Below, piece after piece: positions 1-8,512 of a stretch of DNA of 64,000 bases (the first letter of the stretch is position 1; each line of letters opens with the position of its first letter). The notes below the pieces were generated by a model. It saw only the letters and a program-made list of their open reading frames with translations. It was not told the DNA's origin and did no database searches. Made by a program: the position numbers and the translations under genes. The DNA comes from Candidatus Pacearchaeota archaeon. Lineage in GTDB: Archaea; Nanobdellota; Nanobdellia; Pacearchaeales; GW2011-AR1. Where the stretch lies: contig JBAZYP010000007.1 of NCBI GenBank assembly GCA_041659265.1, positions 9,928 through 73,927 on the forward strand. The letters are read 5' to 3'.

Positions 1-737
1 CAAATCTTTTCAGGAGAAATAGAATTAATCAATTCCCCATTTCCATCACCTAAAAAAGATGTTATTAAAAGTTTTTTTAATTCATGATTTTTCAATCTTT
101 CAACTTTTAAATTTAAAGCATGAAGTCTATCCATACAAATTTCAGTCTGAATTTCAATATCTGATTGCTCTTTAATGATTATATAAAAAACTCTATTCAT
201 AATTTTTTTTGTAGAAATAACCTCCTTCAAATGTTCTTTATAGCTATTAAATATTTTAATGAAACTTTTTTCAGTTATTCTGGATTTTAAAGATTCTAAA
301 TAATCATTTAATTCAATACTTTCAGTTTTCATAAGAATTTGAGTTTGAAAATCTAAAGAATTTAAAAATCTTTGAAATGAAAATATTATTGCATCTTTTT
401 CATTTTGTGGCTTGATACTAAAATTTATCGGTTGAACTTTAAGGACAGATACTTTCTTATTATTTGATAAAACTATTAAGTTATTATTTATCTCTTTAAT
501 TCCAAGATACTTTTTTAATTTATAATCGTCTTTTTTTAATATTCTATTCCTTAGGTAAATATGATAATTTTTTATTAAATTTTCAAGATTTAAAAACATA
601 AAACAAATACTAAAACTTGAAGAAACAAATATTAAAGGATATTTTATATAATCATTAGAGATATTTTTTAAAAAGATGATATCTATAAATCCAAATATAA
701 AAGCATAAAGAAGTTGTTTAAAGGTTAAACCAAACAT
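1..737 (-). CDS. Partial CDS whose C-terminal part lies beyond the window edge. Two N-terminal TM helices are followed by a region resembling the N-terminal domain of VirB4/TrbE-type conjugation ATPases (VirB3/PrgI-VirB4-like fusion).
   Basis: Own translation of the reverse strand from ATG 737..735, open to nt 1: MFGLTFKQLLYAFIFGFIDIIFLKN...NLIVLSNNKKVSVLKVQPINFSIKPQNEKDAIIFSFQRFLNSLDFQTQILMKTESIELNDYLESLK... It is missing from the ORF track because it is truncated. It is the last gene of a same-strand operon with pilin-like and VirB6-like genes. The Walker motifs would lie outside the window, so the ATPase call rests on N-terminal pattern and context only. Confidence 0.4.
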   Translation of the reverse strand, partial: MFGLTFKQLLYAFIFGFIDIIFLKNISNDYIKYPLIFVSSSFSICFMFLNLENLIKNYHIYLRNRILKKDDYKLKKYLGIKEINNNLIVLSNNKKVSVLKVQPINFSIKPQNEKDAIIFSFQRFLNSLDFQTQILMKTESIELNDYLESLKSRITEKSFIKIFNSYKEHLKEVISTKKIMNRVFYIIIKEQSDIEIQTEICMDRLHALNLKVERLKNHELKKLLITSFLGDGNGELINSISPEKI

Positions 738-778
738 AATTTTTTCTTTATACTCTAATTGTTGTGGGATTTGATAGC

Positions 779-1660
779 TCATACAAAATATTTTCCAACA
801 GCTAGTGCAATTATTGCTGTTTTTTCTCCAGTTTTAATTGCAGATTTCATTGCTGAAAAAATCATAAAATAAAACATAATAAAATTCACAATTAAAAATG
901 CAGCAATCATGACTAATATCTTAAAATTTTGAAAAATATCTATATCAATTAGCCTAGAACAAACCAGAAGAATAATTGAATCAAAAAATGTTACAAATAT
1001 GCTTATTCCTAAAAAATTTATTATTAATCTACCATAATTATTTACAGGAGGAATAAAATAGAGAAAAATACCTAAAGGTAAAAAGATAATACCTGCTGCA
1101 ACAATAATATATCTAAATGTTAAAAATAAAACAGTGAATATAAGAACAACAACATAACTCAATCCAAAGAAAAACTGCAATCCTATGTTTGTTATGTTAT
1201 CGGCAGTAATAAGGAAAAAATTAGGATCAATTAAGTTAACTATTCCAGCTGTAAGTAAACTATTAAGATCAATTACTACTGAATATAAAAAATATGAAGC
1301 CTGAACTAAAACAATCATGATAAAGATATTTTTAAACCACTCCTTAGCTTTATTTCTTTTTTCTGCATCATAACCTGAAATAATAAAATTAAATCCAGAA
1401 TAAAGCATTAGTAATCCATAAAAAATAGAGATAATATAAATTATAATTGCCCATAAAGAAACAAATAATTCTAATTTAATAGGTTCTGTTAAAAGTGATT
1501 TTGTTAAAGATAACAATGGTTGTATTGGAGCATTTAATATATTAATAAAAAATTCAAATAGTTTTTGAGGGAGGCATGTTGAAATATTCAAAAGACCACA
1601 CTCTTCAGCACTTACTAATGGAATTAAAAACAAAGGTAATCCAAACAATGCCTTTTTCAT
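779..1660 (-). CDS. Polytopic membrane protein (signal peptide plus multiple TM helices); candidate VirB6/TrbL-like channel subunit
   Basis: 293 aa ORF that is hydrophobic throughout. Its start overlaps the upstream gene by 4 nt (ATGA, 1657..1660). It lies between a pilin-like gene and a VirB4-like gene. Confidence 0.45.
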   Translation of the reverse strand: MKKALFGLPLFLIPLVSAEECGLLNISTCLPQKLFEFFINILNAPIQPLLSLTKSLLTEPIKLELFVSLWAIIIYIISIFYGLLMLYSGFNFIISGYDAEKRNKAKEWFKNIFIMIVLVQASYFLYSVVIDLNSLLTAGIVNLIDPNFFLITADNITNIGLQFFFGLSYVVVLIFTVLFLTFRYIIVAAGIIFLPLGIFLYFIPPVNNYGRLIINFLGISIFVTFFDSIILLVCSRLIDIDIFQNFKILVMIAAFLIVNFIMFYFMIFSAMKSAIKTGEKTAIIALAVGKYFV

Positions 1661-3030
1661 ATTATTCCTCCAAAAAACTTTCTTAACCCAGAATAAAGAA
1701 AATAATTTAATATAACAAAAAGAGACAATGAATAAATCAATTTTATTTTAGTTTTATCTTTAACAAAGATTATCTTTTCATAATGATTTATACTATAATC
1801 TGCACTAATTTTATTATTAGAAATGTCAGCAATAAATGTAGTATTATTAGAAATAATCTTAGATTGATTTCCATAACTTAGATTTACTAAAAGATTATCA
1901 GGAGATATTTTAATAGAAATAGTTTCATTAGAACTATAAATAAACTTATCAGTTTGTATTTTTATAGAAACATTAGTAACATTAAGAAAACAGTCTTTTT
2001 CAATTATATTAAAAAAATCATGAGCTTTGATTTTACAATTATTTATATTTTTTATTATAAGATCATTACCACTTCTCTGAATATTATTTGATGAAAGTTG
2101 ATTATTATCTATTGCTTTTAATGTTTGGATATAATATGGTTCCTTTGAATAGTTTATTTCATATGAATATTTATTGAATTTATAATACGAATTGTTAAGA
2201 TTTAAGTAAAAACTATCAGAATAATTAATATTTATTCTGTTTGATTCTTTATAAGAATCAATAATTTTAATGTCTCCAATTAAAGTATTATTATAATATT
2301 TTACATTTAAAGTATCTTGAATTAATATTGAATTTTGTTTTATTTCATTATAATTAAAACTACACCTATTTGAATACTGTCTACACCTTCCTTTTCTGTA
2401 ATATGAACAATATGTTTCCCAATAATAATGATCAATGTTATAACCTACATTCATTAAATAATCAGATTTGATAATTGAATCAGATTCAATTTTTAAATCA
2501 ACTAATTTTCCACTTCCTTGATAATTATTATTTACATAAACCCTGTTTTCAGATTCATTTTTTATTAAAGTATAGATTCTTTTACAATCTCCTAAGTTAG
2601 TATTTGGATAATCAGAAGAATAGTAATTTACAGGAGCATTTATCTTATAATTAAAAGCAGATAACAGTTTTGTTTGATTTGGTACAAATAAATCATTATT
2701 GTACTGAACCGAAGGCATTACAGACAAAATTGAAAGCCATGCATCTTTAACATATTCTCCATTATAATTTTTAACTCCTATCGGAGGATTATCAATCTTG
2801 ATATTAGTATTTCTTTGAAAAATATAATTATGATCTGGAAAGAATTTATTATTATAATCTAAATTAGAAATTAATATTTCTTTCTCTTGTAAGGTTAAAT
2901 TAGAATTCAAAATGCTTAAACAAGTTTGATAGTTTCCTATTGATATTTTATTACAATCTAAAGAAAAAATAAATGGAGTTTGCACTAAAAATATTAGTGC
3001 AAACATCCAAAATAAAAAATACTTTTTCAT
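1657..3030 (-). CDS. Secreted N/Y-rich protein with a C-terminal TM anchor and a Cys cluster; function unknown (T4SS-like operon member)
   Basis: 457 aa ORF. N-terminal signal peptide MKKYFLFWMFALIFLVQTPFIFS, C-terminal hydrophobic helix LIYSLSLFVILNYFLYSGL, and Cys cluster ETYCSYYRKGRCRQYSNRCSF. Tightly packed in the operon. Confidence 0.6.
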   Translation of the reverse strand: MKKYFLFWMFALIFLVQTPFIFSLDCNKISIGNYQTCLSILNSNLTLQEKEILISNLDYNNKFFPDHNYIFQRNTNIKIDNPPIGVKNYNGEYVKDAWLSILSVMPSVQYNNDLFVPNQTKLLSAFNYKINAPVNYYSSDYPNTNLGDCKRIYTLIKNESENRVYVNNNYQGSGKLVDLKIESDSIIKSDYLMNVGYNIDHYYWETYCSYYRKGRCRQYSNRCSFNYNEIKQNSILIQDTLNVKYYNNTLIGDIKIIDSYKESNRININYSDSFYLNLNNSYYKFNKYSYEINYSKEPYYIQTLKAIDNNQLSSNNIQRSGNDLIIKNINNCKIKAHDFFNIIEKDCFLNVTNVSIKIQTDKFIYSSNETISIKISPDNLLVNLSYGNQSKIISNNTTFIADISNNKISADYSINHYEKIIFVKDKTKIKLIYSLSLFVILNYFLYSGLRKFFGGII

Positions 3031-3031
3031 A

Positions 3032-3370
3032 TTAACTCACAATAAAGTTAACAACCAATGGAGCTGCCCAAATTACTATTAGTCCTATGATGACATACAT
3101 AGCCATATTCTTTGCCTGTTCTCTTTTCGATGCATTTCCAGCAGACGCAATAAAAGTTATTCCAGCAAATAGCAAGACTACAACTGCAAGAACTGTGGCA
3201 CCATATTTGACCAAATTATATATCTTCATAACTGGAGAAAGAATTTGATCAAAAGTTGCTTTATCTTCATTAGATGGATCTTGATTAAAATCTACAGCCA
3301 TTACTAGCTGAAATGTCATCACTATCACAAAAAATAATAAACCAAGTAAATACCCGTGTTTTTGTTTCAT
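3032..3370 (-). CDS. VirB2/TrbC-like (conjugative pilin-like) small membrane protein
   Basis: 112 aa. A long signal peptide ends in ..QLVMA/VD. Two hydrophobic helices (ATVLAVVVLLFAGITFIA and MAMYVIIGLIVIWAAPLVVNFI) are separated by the short basic loop SAGNASKREQAKN, which is the classic VirB2/TrbC topology. Operon context supports the call. Confidence 0.5.
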   Translation of the reverse strand: MKQKHGYLLGLLFFVIVMTFQLVMAVDFNQDPSNEDKATFDQILSPVMKIYNLVKYGATVLAVVVLLFAGITFIASAGNASKREQAKNMAMYVIIGLIVIWAAPLVVNFIVS

Positions 3371-3585
3371 TTTTTACCTCCTGTCAAATTTAATTTAAGC
3401 TTCTCTTTCTTGAATTCCTTAATTCTATGAAGATATTTTTTCTTATACTTCCACTTAAAGAATTCAATACAAGAGTTGCAGACCTCTTTTTCATTTTCAA
3501 TCTCTTTGTTACAAATTAAACAATTTTTCATGAAAGTGTCTTGATTAATGCCATATAAAATAACTAGGAGAAAAATTTCAAGCAA
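3367..3585 (-). CDS. Small zinc-ribbon protein (CxxC...CxxC); first gene of the T4SS-like operon
   Basis: The ORF-track start is TTG at 3585. A more likely start is ATG at 3531, giving MKNCLICNKEIENEKEVCNSCIEFF... The C-terminus is basic. Confidence 0.4.
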   Translation of the reverse strand: MLEIFLLVILYGINQDTFMKNCLICNKEIENEKEVCNSCIEFFKWKYKKKYLHRIKEFKKEKLKLNLTGGKK

Positions 3586-3751
3586 TATTCTGCTTGTTTT
3601 TTTGCTTGTTTTTTTTATCCTGTTTTTTATAAATCATTATTTTATATGTTTTTTATGGAATCAAAAATAACTTTTGACATCGGAGAAGAAATTATTCTAA
3701 AACTAAAGGAATTAAACCGCCTATTAGAAAGAGTTGTAAAGGATAAACAAA

Positions 3752-3946
3752 ATGAAGAAAAATTACAAAGTCAATCTGTTAATGGAAACTGATGAAGTAA
3801 AAAGCTTAAAAAAACAAGCTGATGAAATTAATATTAGTTTTTCTGAATTAATAAGACAAAAGCTCAAACCAAATCATCACATAATAAGGACTGAATTAAT
3901 TCTAGATAAAATATTAAATCTATTAGAAAAAAATGGAAACAAATAA
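3752..3946 (+). CDS. Ribbon-helix-helix (CopG/Arc-like) DNA-binding protein; candidate controller of the downstream methyltransferase
   Basis: 64 aa. The pattern YKVNLLMETDEVKSLKKQADEINISFSELIRQKL fits strand-helix-helix. Its 3' end overlaps the methyltransferase start (3933) by 14 nt. Confidence 0.5.
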   Translation: MKKNYKVNLLMETDEVKSLKKQADEINISFSELIRQKLKPNHHIIRTELILDKILNLLEKNGNK

Positions 3947-4595
3947 AATATTAATGGGTGATTGCATTACCCTTATGAAAGAGATTCCTAAGAATAGCGT
4001 CGATCTAATTTTGACCGACCCACCATATGGAGATAATGTGGCTTATGGAACCACTAATAAAAGCATATTAAATAATGAAAATCCATTGATAAACTGCACT
4101 GCTCTTGTAGAATTCTATCGGATATTAAAGAAAAATAGATCTGTATACATCTTCACCAACTGGAAACACTATCCTTTCTTGTCAGAATTTATAATTAGAT
4201 ATACAAAATTCAAGATAAGACACCTAATAATCTGGAAAAAGCATAGCTTTGGTTTAGGTTGGGCTTTCAGGCATCAATATGAAATGATTCTTGTAATTGA
4301 AAAAGGCAAACCCAAATACAATCTGAGGAATTTTTCAGATGTTCAATCAGCATTGCATATCAACCATAATCAACTAACTCATCCTCATGAAAAACCAATT
4401 GATCTCATATCGAAGATAATTGAACATAGTTCTAAAGAAGGAGATCTTATTCTTGATCCTTTTTGTGGAAGTGGAGCAATATGCAAAGCATCCCAGATAA
4501 AGAATAGAAGGTTTATAGGGATTGAATTGGATGAAAGGTATGTTGAGATGGCTAAAGAGAAGATAAATAATATTAATCATATTATTCTAAACTAA
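3933..4595 (+). CDS. DNA methyltransferase, beta-class N6-adenine/N4-cytosine type (N6_N4_Mtase family)
   Basis: The catalytic motif IV, ILTDPPYG, lies near the N-terminus. The AdoMet motif I, DPFCGSGAI, lies near the C-terminus. This circularly permuted order is typical of beta-class enzymes. Confidence 0.85.
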   Translation: METNKILMGDCITLMKEIPKNSVDLILTDPPYGDNVAYGTTNKSILNNENPLINCTALVEFYRILKKNRSVYIFTNWKHYPFLSEFIIRYTKFKIRHLIIWKKHSFGLGWAFRHQYEMILVIEKGKPKYNLRNFSDVQSALHINHNQLTHPHEKPIDLISKIIEHSSKEGDLILDPFCGSGAICKASQIKNRRFIGIELDERYVEMAKEKINNINHIILN

Positions 4596-6027
4596 CTTTG
4601 AGCTTTTTTAAAATTTCTTTAAACTTATTAAAAAACAAATTCATTTCGTTAGTGTTCTTATTTTCCTCGAACCAAAGCTTAATTAAAACAATCCATAAAT
4701 AATTTTTATCTTGACCTAATTCTTCAGATATTTTAGTAAACCATTCATGAAAATCGGAAAGAAGTTTATTATCCTCAAAAGCTTTTTTAACAAATTCGTA
4801 ATCTAATTGAGTATATTTAGAAATCTCCTGAACTTTAGAAAGGGAGAAATTCATAATAAATTTTTCGGGCGGTTCTTCCCAAGGTAATTTTAATGTAAAA
4901 TTATCTATGTCCTCACCCAAATCAGAATCACCATCTAATATTCCAAATGTGTTATTTAATTCTAATTTTTTACATATAATGCCTGCTTGTTTAATATAGG
5001 TATCGCTACCGATCGGATTTATAATTAAATGTTTTAGAATTTTTGGATCTTTTTTTGAAATGATTGTTTCTAATAATGTTTTAGACTTTTGATCTTCAAC
5101 AAGTATTTCAACAAAATCTTTATTAAACGAACCTAAAATATCTTTGGCTAAATATTTGGAACAATTATTAAAACAAGATACATTACCATTAGTATCAGAA
5201 AGAATTAAAATTCTAGAAGGTTCATCGGAATGATCAATGATGGTTGGCGAATGGGTTGTTAAGATAAACTGAATATTTTTTTTAGCAGAATATTTATGTA
5301 ACAACTCCAATATTTTCTTCTGAGCTTCGCAATGAACAAAGTTTTCGAGTTCCTCTATAATCACTATACTATTTGGAGAGACTTCATTTATTTTCCAAAG
5401 AAACTGATTTATATAAAATTCCCCAGATCCCATAGTATAAGAATCGTATATCATCCCATTAGTTAGCTTAATTACATAATATTCATTCTCTATATCATCC
5501 TCATCTATAATTCTTTCAACTGAAGAAATATCTTTATACAAAAGTTCTTTCATGTAATTAAGTAATTCTGGAGGTAGGATAAAACTGTCAAATTGTTTAA
5601 GAGATTCCTTATTATCTTTTATTTCTGTTTCAGAGCTGTTTTTATACCTAGAATACAACTTAGAATTGAAAGTTATATCTACTATCAAAGGCAAAACAAA
5701 TTCTTTTTTTATTATTTGTTTATTATTTACATGTATATATTGTTCTTGATTATTTATAATTTTTATTTCATAACTTTTAACTTCGGATAATATTCCAAAC
5801 TCATAGCTATTATTTTGAAGGCTATAAACCTGTTTTAAAGCATTAACAATTGTTGATTTTCCACTCCCATTGATACCGGTTAAGATAGATACAGGAGATA
5901 AAAAATTAATTAAAGAATTCTTCCAATTAAATAATCCCTTAACTTCGATTGATCTAATGAAATATTCTCCATTATCCCATTTTTTTAGGATAGCTCTCCG
6001 ATAATCTTCATATTCTTTCCAAATCAT
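4582..6027 (-). CDS. ABC/SMC-like ATPase (AAA_15/AAA_21 type) with a Toprim-like (DUF4435/OLD-like) C-terminal region
   Basis: Walker A GINGSGKST, Walker B IVIIEELENFVH, H-loop ILTTHSP. In the C-terminus, EILVEDQKSKTLLE (Toprim Glu-like) and FGILDGDSD (DxD-like). The start lies directly after the stop of the DUF262 gene. Confidence 0.65.
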   Translation of the reverse strand: MIWKEYEDYRRAILKKWDNGEYFIRSIEVKGLFNWKNSLINFLSPVSILTGINGSGKSTIVNALKQVYSLQNNSYEFGILSEVKSYEIKIINNQEQYIHVNNKQIIKKEFVLPLIVDITFNSKLYSRYKNSSETEIKDNKESLKQFDSFILPPELLNYMKELLYKDISSVERIIDEDDIENEYYVIKLTNGMIYDSYTMGSGEFYINQFLWKINEVSPNSIVIIEELENFVHCEAQKKILELLHKYSAKKNIQFILTTHSPTIIDHSDEPSRILILSDTNGNVSCFNNCSKYLAKDILGSFNKDFVEILVEDQKSKTLLETIISKKDPKILKHLIINPIGSDTYIKQAGIICKKLELNNTFGILDGDSDLGEDIDNFTLKLPWEEPPEKFIMNFSLSKVQEISKYTQLDYEFVKKAFEDNKLLSDFHEWFTKISEELGQDKNYLWIVLIKLWFEENKNTNEMNLFFNKFKEILKKLKVSLE

Positions 6028-6028
6028 C

Positions 6029-7063
6029 TTAGCCTCCGATTTTTCCTGTTCTTTGGAATTCTGAATAAAAATTTATTAAAATCTTATGTCTTCCTTTTAA
6101 TGATTGAGGATCCAACCATCCCCCACTAAGGTAAGCATCAAATTCTACAAATTTTGGATGTGGAGCTTTATTCTGATTTAATAATTTTATTTGATTATCT
6201 CTCCATTCTTCAAATAAATTTAAGAAATCCGGGATTTTATTTATATTTAGTTCTTTATTATCAATTTCTCTAATTAACCAATAATACGAGACTATTGTAG
6301 ATTTTGTCAATTTAAAATTAAAACCGGATAATCCTTTATTTAATAGAGTTAAATTTTTTATAAGTCTATTTTTCGAAGAAGAATCTATTTTTTTATTAAA
6401 ATACATCTCTTCTAAAGCTTTAGAACCTGGTTTAAAATCTAATGTTTGATTATGTTCCAAAAAAAAGATTTTATCTAGTATATCTTGATAAGCCATTCTT
6501 CGGTTTTCAAAACCTATTTTACTCGCATTAAAGAGTTCTCTAAATTGGTTAATAATGTCCTTTCTTAAAAAGTTTTTTATTGGTCCATATATACAATTTC
6601 TTTTTTCTGATGCAGTAACTGTTACGCCTTGGTTTAATCTTAAAAATAATTCTGTTGCTTCGTCTCGGTCAACATCTCTTACTTCAAAAACTCTAATAGT
6701 GCATCTTAAAAATCTAGCTTTTAATTTATCTGAAAATTCTGAATATTTTTTCCCATTTATATCATTAAAGTCATCAGTTCCAGGTAAAAAATTTGAATTA
6801 AATTGGAATTTATTATTCATAAAATTAAAAATTGAGTAGAGCCTCTGTTTACCGTCCAAAACCTCAAAGATGTCATTACCTTCAATGTTTACTAAATGGA
6901 TAGGCGGTATATGCCATCCTCTTAAGATTGAATCAATCAATTTTTGTTGTTTTTCTTTATTCCAAACTAAATCTCGTTGAAAATCTGGTTCGAGATCATA
7001 TATTTTACGTTTAATTCTATTGTAAATAGTTTCTATATCTGGGTCTGAACCTATAATTATCAT
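6029..7063 (-). CDS. DUF262 (ParB/Srx-like, GmrS-type) domain protein
   Basis: DFQRDLVWNKEKQQKLIDSIL...HIPPIHLV...EVLDGKQRLYSIFNF matches the QR...DGQQR signature of DUF262. There is no recognisable DUF1524/HNH C-terminal domain. Confidence 0.75.
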   Translation of the reverse strand: MIIIGSDPDIETIYNRIKRKIYDLEPDFQRDLVWNKEKQQKLIDSILRGWHIPPIHLVNIEGNDIFEVLDGKQRLYSIFNFMNNKFQFNSNFLPGTDDFNDINGKKYSEFSDKLKARFLRCTIRVFEVRDVDRDEATELFLRLNQGVTVTASEKRNCIYGPIKNFLRKDIINQFRELFNASKIGFENRRMAYQDILDKIFFLEHNQTLDFKPGSKALEEMYFNKKIDSSSKNRLIKNLTLLNKGLSGFNFKLTKSTIVSYYWLIREIDNKELNINKIPDFLNLFEEWRDNQIKLLNQNKAPHPKFVEFDAYLSGGWLDPQSLKGRHKILINFYSEFQRTGKIGG

Positions 7064-7120
7064 TTTATTCTAATTGGAATATAAATGTTTTTATTTAAAG
7101 ATTCTTATAATAAAGATATA

Positions 7121-8266
7121 TTAAACTTTCATCCCAACCTGATTAACCAATACCAATATCTGTTTCATCTGCAATTCTAAAGTATTAACCCTTTCAATAA
7201 GAACTTCTTTTTCTCGACTTGAAACATCAAGTCTCTTTTCAATTTCAGTTTTAGTAATATCAACAAGCATATCATCTTCATTTATTGTATCTCTCATGCC
7301 AAGCATTTCAGAATAATAATGAATTTTATCAGATTCTTTCCATCCAAACCTAAATTTTAATGCAGATTCACTTTTATATCTTGGAAGCCAATAACAGCAT
7401 GAACAATGCCTGAAATCATACATAGTTAATTCAGAATATTTCTGACCTGCTAAGCTTTTTTCATCACCAAGAACTCGCTTCGCTAAGTGTTTAAGATATT
7501 GATTTGTAACAGGCGGAGAAATATCAAAAAGAAAGTCATCAGATTTTAAATTATTTATCTTAATATATTCTTTTAATAATTCTGAGCATAGCATTAACTT
7601 TATTCTTCTTCCAAAAGTTTTGCTAGTCTCTTCTCTAATGTTTAATTCTTTAAATTCATGGTATAAATCTGAAACTTTCACATTTACTAATTCTGTAGGA
7701 GCCCTTATTCCTGAATCAAATAAAAACATAATTAAAACTTTATAATCAAATTTAGCATTATCGTATAGCTTTCTTACCTGATTTTCAGATAAATAGACCC
7801 ATTCAGGTTTAGTTCCGCTAGAATCTAAATAAACAGTAATATCTGGGATTTCCTTTCCTGCTTTTTTACTTATTTTTTGATACCAATGCCAAAAAGCCTT
7901 AAATGTCTTAGAAAAATCTCTTACTGACTTATAAATGCCTCCATCGATTTTCCTTATAGCACCACTCCTTAAGTCCGAAAAAAATTCAATTAACTGCTCT
8001 TCACTCAATTTGGATATATTGTTTATTTCATATCTTTTTTCAAAACTACTAATTAAAAATTGAAGCTTGCTTCTGGAACTTCTTAATCTAATATAGCTTC
8101 TACCGCCTTTTTTGCTTAATAAAGAAACATTAAATCCTTTTTCCATATCATTAAGATAATGCATTAATAATTCAGAATTTATCTTGCTAATCCCTTTAAT
8201 TCCTGTGGAATTTCTATCTTTCCAGCTATTCCAGGCTTCTTGACTTTTATATGGGTCTTTTTTCAT
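7121..8266 (-). CDS. Tyrosine recombinase / integrase
   Basis: 381 aa. Box I-like LFDSGIRAPTELVNVKVSDL. Box II-like MYDFRHCSCCYWL...FGWKESDKIHYY, with the catalytic Tyr candidate. It lies 90 nt downstream of the tRNA-Cys 3' end on the same strand. Confidence 0.8.
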   Translation of the reverse strand: MKKDPYKSQEAWNSWKDRNSTGIKGISKINSELLMHYLNDMEKGFNVSLLSKKGGRSYIRLRSSRSKLQFLISSFEKRYEINNISKLSEEQLIEFFSDLRSGAIRKIDGGIYKSVRDFSKTFKAFWHWYQKISKKAGKEIPDITVYLDSSGTKPEWVYLSENQVRKLYDNAKFDYKVLIMFLFDSGIRAPTELVNVKVSDLYHEFKELNIREETSKTFGRRIKLMLCSELLKEYIKINNLKSDDFLFDISPPVTNQYLKHLAKRVLGDEKSLAGQKYSELTMYDFRHCSCCYWLPRYKSESALKFRFGWKESDKIHYYSEMLGMRDTINEDDMLVDITKTEIEKRLDVSSREKEVLIERVNTLELQMKQILVLVNQVGMKV

Positions 8267-8355
8267 TTTATATTTCTAACAAGTCCGGATTAAAAACATC
8301 CGGAGTATGTCATACGTATAAAAAGTGTACCCCTAAGGATCACGCAAATATGATA

Positions 8356-8427
8356 AGCACGGGGTGAGAATCGAACTCACGAAAATCCGCTCTGCAGGCG
8401 GACGCAGTACCATTGTGCCACCCGTGC
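8356..8427 (-). tRNA. tRNA-Cys (anticodon GCA)
   Basis: Reverse strand: GCACGGGTGGCACAATGGTACTGCGTCCGCCTGCAGAGCGGATTTTCGTGAGTTCGATTCTCACCCCGTGC plus discriminator U. The cloverleaf folds. The anticodon loop is CUGCAGA, and U73 is typical for Cys. Confidence 0.9.
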
Positions 8428-8512
8428 ATGTGAAGGTTTGTAAAAACAATCCCAAATATCTTAAAAACAAGGACTTTTTAAAGGTTAATATCCCTAATTA
8501 TATTCTATAAAT

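Larger units (their letters stand above)
1..8427. mobile_element. Right-hand part of an integrated element inserted at tRNA-Cys (integrase, defence-like genes, methyltransferase, T4SS-like operon); the left end is outside the window
   Basis: The integrase abuts the tRNA 3' end, and every gene to its left is accessory-type. No second att repeat was seen inside the window. Confidence 0.55.

Noticed and set aside
3655-3792. 45 aa ORF (MESKITFDIGEEIILKLKELNRLLERVVKDKQNEEKLQSQSVNGN) upstream of, and overlapping, the RHH gene
   Set aside because: It is below the ORF-track size cut-off and overlaps 3752..3946 by 41 nt in another frame. Its N-terminus is vaguely RHH-like, but there is not enough evidence to call it, and only one of the two may be real.
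4374-6839. Short ORFs 4374..4580 (-), 5593..5790 (+) and 6555..6839 (+), overlapping the methyltransferase, ATPase and DUF262 genes
   Set aside because: Each lies antisense to a gene with clear catalytic motifs, and their translations are hydrophobic or low-complexity.
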